DNA from: an uncultured Chthoniobacterales bacterium | Lineage (GTDB): Bacteria; Verrucomicrobiota; Verrucomicrobiia; Chthoniobacterales; JAATET01 | Reading direction: 5' to 3' | Length of the DNA: 64,000 nucleotides | Assembly (NCBI GenBank): GCA_964247025.1 | Contig: CAXTSM010000004.1 | Span: 3,042 to 67,041, forward strand | Shown: positions 49,745-57,453 of the stretch, piece after piece | Layout: every line of letters starts with the position of its first letter | Position numbering within the stretch: the stretch's first letter is position 1 | Notes under the pieces: model-generated | What the model saw: only the letters and a program-made list of their open reading frames with translations | Told to the model about the DNA's origin: nothing | Database searches by the model: none | Position numbers and translations under genes: made by a program

Positions 49745-51247
49745 CTAAAATTTATAGTTGAAGCGAAGTCCGCAGGTGTTGATTGCATAGCCGGTTCCCG
49801 CGATCTCGGAGGTCCGTTGCTGTCGGAGATAATAAAAATCCACCCCGATTTGATCCCTCCAGAATGTGTATGTCAATGTCGGCCCGGCGGAAATGTAGGT
49901 TTCCGTATGTTCTTCCGTGTTGCCCGAGACGTCGCCTTGGTAATCCAGATATTGAAGGCCGGCGCCGAACTTGAAGCTCAGGTTTCGGAGGATTTGCCAA
50001 CCGCCGTTCAAGGCGATCGACGTGGTCGTGTAGGTGAGGCCGCGCACGATGTCGGTGACCTCCACGCTCCGCGCGAGCGCGAGCTCGAACGTGAGCAGCT
50101 GAGTGGGCGTCCAGGTGGCGGAAAGATTGAAGATCGGCGTCGTGAAATCCTGGGCGCCGGCGAAAGTTTCCCCGTGAAATTGCCGCGCTTGAACGCCGAG
50201 CGAACCATCCAACTTCAGCTTGCGCATCGTGTCGTAGCTAAACCCGACGGTGAGGCCCTGAAAAGTCTGGGTCGCTCCCTGGCCCACATCCACCAGACCG
50301 ACGTAAGGACCCGCGAAAATCGTCGTTTTCGGGCTGAAAGCGTAACCGATCTGCGGAGAGAGCGAATAGGTCGTGTAATTCTGCCCGCTTTCGTAGTTCT
50401 GATTGGTGACGCCGACCGCGGCGCTGGCGAACGTCTTGGCTCCCAGATAATACACGTTATTCCAAGTGAAGGTCGTAATCTGGTAGCTCTGCCGGCCGGA
50501 TTGCGTCGCGTTGGGTTCGTTGTTGTTGACGTAATCCAGCCTGACGTCGGTCGAGTAGCGGGAAAACGTCGCCTTTCCGCTGACGTGCAGTTCCTGATTC
50601 ACGCGTGACTGGTCGGAATTCTCGAGGAAGTACTGAAACTGAGGCAGATATTGGAACGAAAGATAATCCTCCGTCTGGGCCTGAAAATCCCCCACGCCGA
50701 AAAGGAACTTCGGGGTGATCCGGGTGATGAGGTCCGTCACCGGATTGACGGGCGATGCGAAAATGTTGTCGTTGTATTCCTCGCTCATCGAGAGTTCGAT
50801 TCGGAGATTGACCGGACCGGCCCGAAACTTCAGCCCGTCGCGTTCGAACAGCGGCCGATCGTAGTAGTCGAAGCTCGGCAGAAACTGTCGCTGCGCGGCC
50901 GGGACGCCCGCGGAATCCACCGTTCCAGCCGATGGGTCGACCGTGGCCGGACCAAATTCAGTGGTTGCGGTCGGGCGGGCGACCGAATCGGTTTCGACTC
51001 CCGGCGACGGGATTCCCGTTCCGACCCCCTCGGGACGGGGAGTGGTGATTTTCTGGGCGGCCGAAGTCGCGTGATCCGGGGAAGAATCGTTCCATGCGGG
51101 CTGCTCCGGGCCGGGGTCGTCCGGCTGCGCCCGCCCGAGGTTCGTGGCGCCGACGAGCAGGGCAAGGACGGCGACCGGAGGACGAAGGTCAATGCCGCGG
51201 AGACGCCCGCCCCAGATTTGCCCGCCCGTTTTATCAGGACCCCTCAC
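49745..51247 (-). CDS. outer-membrane beta-barrel protein of EPS loci
   Basis: signal peptide, Pro-rich N-terminus, YNDNIF, alternating aromatic strands, C-terminal NYKF; start uncertain. Confidence 0.75.
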   Translation of the reverse strand: MRGPDKTGGQIWGGRLRGIDLRPPVAVLALLVGATNLGRAQPDDPGPEQPAWNDSSPDHATSAAQKITTPRPEGVGTGIPSPGVETDSVARPTATTEFGPATVDPSAGTVDSAGVPAAQRQFLPSFDYYDRPLFERDGLKFRAGPVNLRIELSMSEEYNDNIFASPVNPVTDLITRITPKFLFGVGDFQAQTEDYLSFQYLPQFQYFLENSDQSRVNQELHVSGKATFSRYSTDVRLDYVNNNEPNATQSGRQSYQITTFTWNNVYYLGAKTFASAAVGVTNQNYESGQNYTTYSLSPQIGYAFSPKTTIFAGPYVGLVDVGQGATQTFQGLTVGFSYDTMRKLKLDGSLGVQARQFHGETFAGAQDFTTPIFNLSATWTPTQLLTFELALARSVEVTDIVRGLTYTTTSIALNGGWQILRNLSFKFGAGLQYLDYQGDVSGNTEEHTETYISAGPTLTYTFWRDQIGVDFYYLRQQRTSEIAGTGYAINTCGLRFNYKF

Positions 51248-51268
51248 GCGCGAAGTGGAAACCCTCCG

Positions 51269-51886
51269 CTACTCGGGGAGTTGTTCGCCGTTCTTGAATT
51301 TCACGACGCGCACCTCGGCGGTCTTTTCATCGTAAATTTTCCACGGACCATCCATGTCGCCCGCCACGTAGATTCCCTCGGACTCGGTTTTGCCGTTCTC
51401 GAAGTAAGTCGTCCATTTTCCCACGGGGCTCGCGTCGCTGTAGCTGCCGACGCTTTGCAAAGCCCCGTTTTCGAACCAATATTTCCACGGTCCGACCTCC
51501 TTGCCATCGCGGTATTCTCCATCCGAGGCCGTTTTTCCGTCCTCGTAGTATTCGATCCAATGCCCGTCGCGCACGCCGTTCTTGAGGAGGCCGCTGAGTT
51601 CCTTTTTGCCGCTATCGTAATTCGAAAAAACCGGTCCGCTGTAGGGCTTCTGCGTCCCGACGGCATAGAAAACATCGAGGTCTTCGTTGTAATCCAAGGA
51701 ATATAATTCCACCGGACGGACGGCGGCGGCGGCGGCGGTCGAAGCCGACGAAACGGCGGGGGCGTCACCCGGGATCGGGGCGGACGACGGGACCGGCGAG
51801 GCGGACGGAGCCGGTGCCGGGGTATCGGCGGCGATAAGGGGCAGCGCGACGACGAAGAGCAGATTGAGAACGAAACGAAATTTCAT
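51269..51886 (-). CDS. secreted MORN-variant repeat protein (YwqK-like)
   Basis: signal peptide; repeated G.W..YYE.G.....G.Y..G units. Confidence 0.8.
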   Translation of the reverse strand: MKFRFVLNLLFVVALPLIAADTPAPAPSASPVPSSAPIPGDAPAVSSASTAAAAAVRPVELYSLDYNEDLDVFYAVGTQKPYSGPVFSNYDSGKKELSGLLKNGVRDGHWIEYYEDGKTASDGEYRDGKEVGPWKYWFENGALQSVGSYSDASPVGKWTTYFENGKTESEGIYVAGDMDGPWKIYDEKTAEVRVVKFKNGEQLPE

Positions 51887-52016
51887 GGAAAAGGTAGGAG
51901 AAAGCCGGCGAGACCAAATCGAATAGGAGCGGGCGGCAATGCCGTCAACGTTAAATGCGACGCCGATTTTCGCAACCCGGAACCTTGCGTGGCGTTCGAT
52001 CCGCCGACGTTTCTCC

Positions 52017-52226
52017 TTAAAGAGGTTTGGCCGAGCTTCGTCTCAGCACAAGCGAGGCCGCGAACAATGCCAGCATGCCGGCCATCACGAGCTGAGTCCG
52101 CGCCGTCGCCGCCACGCTGGCCGCCTTCGCGGTGATGTCCTTGGACGCCCCATGAGCCGGCGATCCCCCAAATGTCAAGGTAAGGGCAAACGCAACGGCG
52201 TTCGCCCACTGTTTCGTAGTTCTCAT
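52017..52226 (-). CDS. 69 aa protein: signal peptide, short spacer, TM helix, basic tail
   Basis: ATG 52226 preceded by G8-AAA and a sigma54-type promoter; MRTTKQWANAVAFALTLTFGGSPAHGASKDITAKAASVAATARTQLVMAGMLALFAASLVLRRSSAKPL. Confidence 0.6.
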   Translation of the reverse strand: MRTTKQWANAVAFALTLTFGGSPAHGASKDITAKAASVAATARTQLVMAGMLALFAASLVLRRSSAKPL

Positions 52227-52268
52227 TTTCCCCCCCCAGGTAATTGAACGATGTTGGGCGGGCAATAG

Positions 52269-52285
52269 AGCAGTGGACATGCCAT
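52269..52285 (-). promoter_or_regulatory. sigma54 -24/-12 promoter
   Basis: minus strand ATGGCATGTCCACTGCT. Confidence 0.65.
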
Positions 52286-52621
52286 CGGGCAACAAATTCC
52301 GGATCGAATGTTTGCAAGGATCGCGTTCTTGCCCAGAGGGAGAACGTGCGAGTCAAAACTTCATCGTCCCCGACGACTCTTCCCGCCCAGACGGATGCGG
52401 GCGGATTTTTCTTCGTCGGTGGCCCGTTCTGCGTCTTTTTGATCCGCCGGGTGGCGAAACAAGCGGCGGAAGAAAGATCCGGCCAACTTTTTTCTCCGAC
52501 CACGAGGGTGAGAATTTTTTCTGCAAGTCATTTGCCGTCAGCCTCCTGCCGCCAAACCTTCACCGAGCTTCCGATCGGCCGATGCTTCGTCCGTGACGAC
52601 AACGTAACGTCAAGACGGTTG

Positions 52622-52638
52622 TTGGCATGCCCTCTGCT
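52622..52638 (+). promoter_or_regulatory. sigma54 -24/-12 promoter
   Basis: TTGGCATGCCCTCTGCT upstream of PEP-CTERM gene. Confidence 0.75.
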
Positions 52639-52653
52639 TGTAGTATCGCGACA

Positions 52654-52703
52654 TGTCTGCGATCCGCCGCAGGCACGCCAAGTCGGGGGGGATCTTGATG
52701 AGG
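52654..52703 (+). repeat. conserved leader motif, copy 1
   Basis: TGTCTGC-GATCCGCC-GCAGGCA hairpin then GTCGGGGGGGATCTTGATGAGG; matches 53792..53836. Confidence 0.7.
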
Positions 52704-52743
52704 TGAAGTTGTATGCGGCTTTAACTACGAACACCAAAACAAG

Positions 52744-53493
52744 ATGAAAAAATTGATCTATTCCGTCGCGACGATGGCATGTGCCGCGGGGAGCTCCTTC
52801 GGCCAGACCGCTGTCACCTCGAACTACACACAAACCTTCGACGGAATTGGCACGGCTCTTCCCAGCGGTTGGACCGTTCGCACGGGCGCGACGGCGACTT
52901 CGCTGGGCACGAGCGGTGCGTTCACGACGGCCGCGGCGACTTGGGCCGATACCGGCGGAAGCTTCAAGAACGTGGCTTCGTCCGACGGGTTGACTTCTAC
53001 CGCCACGACGGCCGCGCAAAATGCCTCGACCGACCGTGCATTAGGGGTCCGGCAATCCGGCACCTTTGGAGATCCGGGTGCGTCCTTCGCCTTCAACATC
53101 AACACGACCACGGCAACCATCTCGGCGATCAGCTTGAAAGCCCAGATGCTGAGCGTTCAAACTCGCTCGACGACCTGGACCATCGACTACGGCATCGGCG
53201 CGGTCCCGACTTCGTTCACGACGATCGGAACTTACGTCGATCCCGGCACGTTCGGTTCGACGACTTTGAGCTTCGGGGTGGGCGATTTTGGCACGGCGCT
53301 GAACAACCAGACCAGCGTGTGGATCCGCGTGACGGCTTTGACCGCTTCGACCGGATCAGGAAACCGAGATACCTTCGGGATCGACGATTTTACCATCACG
53401 GCCGTCCCCGAGCCGCATGAATACGGCATCGCCTTTGCCGGCATGCTGATCGCGCTGATCGTGACCCGCCGCCGTCGCGCTCTCGCCGGGTAG
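52744..53493 (+). CDS. Thr/Ser-rich PEP-CTERM surface protein
   Basis: signal peptide; C-terminal VPEPHEYGIAFAGMLIALIVTRRRR. Confidence 0.92.
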   Translation: MKKLIYSVATMACAAGSSFGQTAVTSNYTQTFDGIGTALPSGWTVRTGATATSLGTSGAFTTAAATWADTGGSFKNVASSDGLTSTATTAAQNASTDRALGVRQSGTFGDPGASFAFNINTTTATISAISLKAQMLSVQTRSTTWTIDYGIGAVPTSFTTIGTYVDPGTFGSTTLSFGVGDFGTALNNQTSVWIRVTALTASTGSGNRDTFGIDDFTITAVPEPHEYGIAFAGMLIALIVTRRRRALAG

Positions 53494-53515
53494 AAAATTT
53501 TAGCCCGAAACATTC

Positions 53516-53547
53516 AGCCCGGCGGGAAACACCCGCCGGGCTTTTTT
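53516..53547 (+). terminator. intrinsic terminator
   Basis: AGCCCGGCGGG-AAACA-CCCGCCGGGCT plus T run. Confidence 0.85.
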
Positions 53548-53758
53548 CATGTCCGGCTGGCGCTCTTTTGGTCGCCTCGGTGCCCAATCGTTCGAGGTGG
53601 CTGATCGAGCGGTTGAAAGTCACGCCACTCTTCAATCTTGAACTCGTTCTCGAATGATTCCGCAAATGGTTTGCTATAAACAAGATAACTTTTCGCGAGG
53701 AGCGACGGCCTTTTGAACTTCTCCCTAGATGGCAGAAATGTCACCGAACACCGCTGGA

Positions 53759-53775
53759 TTGGCATTGCGGCTGCT
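53759..53775 (+). promoter_or_regulatory. sigma54 -24/-12 promoter
   Basis: TTGGCATTGCGGCTGCT upstream of PEP-CTERM gene. Confidence 0.75.
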
Positions 53776-53791
53776 CTATCCTGGTTGGAAA

Positions 53792-53836
53792 GCCTGTTAC
53801 CGCCACAGGCACTTTGTCGGGGGGGATCTGATGAGG
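53792..53836 (+). repeat. conserved leader motif, copy 2
   Basis: GCCTGT-TACCGCC-ACAGGC hairpin then GTCGGGGGGGATCTGATGAGG; matches 52654..52703. Confidence 0.7.
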
Positions 53837-53871
53837 CATGCACAGGCGGGCAAAACTCAATCACATACAAA

Positions 53872-54657
53872 ATGAAGAAAACGGCATTATTTTTGGCGGC
53901 AATCGGGGCGACGGGCCTGTCTTTCGCGGAACTCAAAGCGGACGGACTTTCTTTGAGCGACAATTTCAACACCTACACCCCCGGAAATCTCGTTGGCCAA
54001 GGGAATTGGTTGCAGACCAGCACGGTGACGACGAATCCGATTCAAGTCACGGGCGGTGCCGTCGTGGTGGGGAACACCGGCCAGGATGTCTTCAAGCCAT
54101 TTACGGGCGGCACCCTGACTCTGGGGACGAACCCAGCCACCTCCGCGACGAGCGTGACGGCGACGATGGACATCAATGTCAGCGCGGCGGCCGCGGCCGG
54201 AGATTATTTCTTCCACTTCACGCCGACCACGACCACGACCAACATTTTCATCGATCGCGTGTTCATCAAGTCGTCCGGAACGGGATTCGTGCTTGGCCTC
54301 GGCAGTGCGGCGTCGGCTGCGGCGACCTACGGGACCACCGTCTTGAGTCTGAGCTCGATCTACACGATTGCCACCACTTATACGGTGGTGGCGGGAACGT
54401 CTAACGACACCTTCGATATCACCGTGGGCGGCGTGAGCTACCTTTCGGGCGTCGTGCTCGTGGGAACCGAACCGACGACCCTCGCATCGGTCGCTTTCCG
54501 TCAGGGAGGAGGACCGTCGGCTGCTCCGAGTCTGACGGTGGACAATCTCAGCGTGACCTATACGGGCGTGCCTGAGCCGCAAGAGTATGGCGTCGCCTTC
54601 GCCCTCATGCTTGGCGCGTTGATCCTGTTCCGTCGTCGCCACGCGGTCCGCGCTTAA
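53872..54657 (+). CDS. Thr/Ser-rich PEP-CTERM surface protein
   Basis: signal peptide MKKTALFLAAIG; C-terminal VPEPQEYGVAFALMLGALILFRRRH. Confidence 0.92.
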   Translation: MKKTALFLAAIGATGLSFAELKADGLSLSDNFNTYTPGNLVGQGNWLQTSTVTTNPIQVTGGAVVVGNTGQDVFKPFTGGTLTLGTNPATSATSVTATMDINVSAAAAAGDYFFHFTPTTTTTNIFIDRVFIKSSGTGFVLGLGSAASAAATYGTTVLSLSSIYTIATTYTVVAGTSNDTFDITVGGVSYLSGVVLVGTEPTTLASVAFRQGGGPSAAPSLTVDNLSVTYTGVPEPQEYGVAFALMLGALILFRRRHAVRA

Positions 54658-54674
54658 TCTCAAAGAGCCTTTTC

Positions 54675-54706
54675 GAAAACCCGGCGGAGCGATCCGCCGG
54701 GTTTTC
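54675..54706. terminator. bidirectional intrinsic terminator
   Basis: GAAAACCCGGCGGA-GCGA-TCCGCCGGGTTTTC between convergent genes. Confidence 0.8.
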
Positions 54707-54771
54707 TATTTTGGTCGCCGAACGAGGAGGGCGTCGCCAAGTCACGCGCCCGGATTTACCTGGGAACGAGC

Positions 54772-57188
54772 TTATTCCCGCCACGGGATTCCCTTGAGGT
54801 AACCCTCTTTCTGCCTTTCGAAGGCTCGCCGTCTTTCCGACGTCGCGGCGAGGGCCGACGCCGTCTCGACCTGGCGAAACGCGCTCGAATAATCGCCGCT
54901 TTCCGCCAATGCCGCCGCAAACGTGCCGAGAATGGCCGGGTTTTTTCCCCCGCTCAACGCGTTCGCCTGGGCGGCCAGGAGCTTGGCCCGGCTTGCATCC
55001 CGATGTTTTTCTTCGCGGTTCGTCGCCAGGATCCAAGCCAGATTGTTCAGGGTCGCCACCGAACGCGGATTTTCCTTCAAGGCGAGCCCGTAACGAACGA
55101 CGGCTTCTGAAATCTTGCCTTGCTGTTGGCAGGCCGCGGCGATCAGGGATGGCGCTTCCGGACAGTGCAGATCGAGATCCAAGGCCGTCGTCAACTCGGC
55201 GATGGGTTCCGCCGGGCGTCCCCGTCGGCAAGGAACGTCTGTCCCAGGTTACGGCGGGTTTCCGCGCTTCTCGACTCGATCTCCAAAGCGGCTCGATGCT
55301 GCGCGATCGCGTCGTCGTAATTTTTTGCGCCGGTGAGAGCGATGGCGAGCTGATTGCGGAAGGTGAGGTTGCGGGGATCGAGCGTCACCGCGGTCCGCAA
55401 TGCGACGGTGGCCTCCGGAAAATCGCGCCGTTGAAGGTGGATCGAGCCCAACAGGGCATGGCTGGCGGCGGAGCCGGGATTCAGCTCCAGGGCAACTCGA
55501 ATCCGGCGAAAGGCTTCGTCGGTCCGCCCGGCGCGAAAAAGCGACTGGGCAAGGTCGTGGGTCGATTCGTAGTTCGACGGCTCGAGTCGAACGGCGCGCT
55601 CGAAGCTGCGGCATGCCTCCGCGTTCCGGCCGAGAGCGTAGTAGGCCCGACCAAGATCGGCGTGCAAACTGGGAAGGTTCGGCTTGAGCTCGAGAGCACG
55701 GAGAAAATACGTGATGGCGAGGGCCGGGGCGCCTTTTTTGAGGTAAACCAGGCCGGCGTTGGCGATCGGCTCGCAGGAAGAGGGACTGGCCGAGATGGCC
55801 CGTTGAAAATCATCGAGAGCGCCGTTGAAATCCCCGCGATCCACGGCCAAGAGGCCGCGATTGCTGTAGGCGACGTGATTGTCCGGGGTCACGGCAATGG
55901 CGTGATCCCACAGCGATCGACTGTTTTTCCAAACCCCGACCTGAAAAAAAGTCGCGGCGGCGCACGCCGTCAGGACGGCCGCGCCGCCGGCGAGCAGGGC
56001 ACTTCGCGGAAGCCGGGCCGCTTTCGCCAGATCCCCCAGCAACCACGTGACGGCAATCGCGATCCCGATCTGGGGCAGGTAGGTGTAACGATCCGCATGG
56101 GCTTGGTTGCCGACCTGAACGATCCCGAGCACGGGAAAAAGCATCACGAGATACCAAAGCCACCCGACGATCAGATAGGGCTGGCGACGAAACCGGACGC
56201 CGGCGGCGAAGGTGATCATCGCGACAAGGATGCCCGCGATGGATACGCGCCACCAGGTCAGCGCGACGAGGGACAAGGGATAGATGACGGAAAGGCAGAA
56301 GGGCCAAAGCCACTGTTCCAGGTAGACGACGATGGAAACGAGCGCGTTCTCCAGGCGCGGGCCGAGGGCGAAGTTACCGAAGGATTGGAGCGCGGAGTCC
56401 TGGGCGAGAAGGGTCGCCAGACAGGAGGCGCCGCCCAGCGCCAGAAAGGGAATTTTCTCGGCGAGGAGCGGCCAGCATTTCCGGAGAAGGTTCCGGCCGC
56501 TTCCCGGGTCGGGCGGAGAAATCCGGTTTAGCGGCTAGAAATCGAGCAGAAGAAAGATCAGGGGCACGGTGACCAACATGGGCTTTGCCATCAGGCCCAG
56601 CGAAAACAGAAACAGCACGAGAACAAAACGCCCGGCCGCCGGTTTTTTTGCGTAATCGGCGTAGGCGAAGAGAATCAGCGCGAAGAAAAGGCCGCTCAGC
56701 ACGTCCTTCCGCTCGGAAACCCACGCCACGGACTCGACCCGGAGCGGATGGAGGGCAAAGAGGGTCGCGACGAACAGGTTCCTCCACGGCGCAGCAAAGA
56801 GCCGGTCCAGCGCGAGGAAAAGAAAAACCGCGGCGAGGCCGTGGAACAGGACGTTGGCGGCATGCGGCCCGGTCGGGCCGGGTCCGAACAAACTCGCGTC
56901 CAGCATGTGGGACAGGGTGGTGAGCGGGTGCCAGTTCGAAGCGTGGATATGCGTGAGGGCCCAGTAGATGTTCTCCCAATCCCATCCGCGAGCGATGCGG
57001 GGGTTCTGGGCGGTGTAATCCCCGTCGTCGAAATTGACGAATTCACCGAAGATCGCCCGGGAGAACGTCGCCGTCACCACGACGAAGAGCAGGATGCTCG
57101 TGCCCCACAGCCATTTCCGGTGCCCGCCGCTGGCCCGAGGAGGACGGGACGGCTCCGAAGAACGGCCCGAAGCGATTTGAGATTTCAT
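54772..57188 (-). pseudogene. disrupted TMTC-like GT-C glycosyltransferase with TPR tail
   Basis: FVNFDD, NWHPLT, HPLRVESVAWVSERKD, EKIPF, ADRYTY and TPRs; in-frame TAG at 56535-56537 and a frameshift near 55220-55223. Confidence 0.8.
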
Positions 57189-57430
57189 TTTTTCTGGGAG
57201 ATTTCATCGACCGCCTCGGTGCATCGCGGGTGTCTGATCTGATCGAGAATCTATCGAGGGAGATTGGAAAGAAATTAGCCGGCTCGAGAAGATGACATGC
57301 GCGATCGCCACGGCACGGTACAAGCAAGCGGCTCGCCAGGGAGGGGCGCAAGGTTTTGGCAATTTAATGATCGAGTCGCCGCTTTCGCCGCGGTCTTCTC
57401 TTGCTTCGACGGTCGACAATCGACTCCAAC

Positions 57431-57447
57431 GTGGCAGGCTACTTGCT
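57431..57447 (+). promoter_or_regulatory. sigma54 -24/-12 promoter
   Basis: GTGGCAGGCTACTTGCT, near consensus. Confidence 0.7.
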
Positions 57448-57453
57448 TGAAGC

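Noticed and set aside
48245..50608. 787 aa plus-strand ORF
   Set aside because: Antisense to the WcaJ-like and barrel genes and runs through a terminator
53828..53836. CTGATGAG resembling a hammerhead ribozyme core
   Set aside because: No GAAA core strand or three-stem arrangement; the other copy reads CTTGATGAG
57310..57326. ACGGCACGGTACAAGCA second GG-N10-GC upstream of the EEP gene
   Set aside because: Weaker -12 than the site at 57431; cannot be separated from chance
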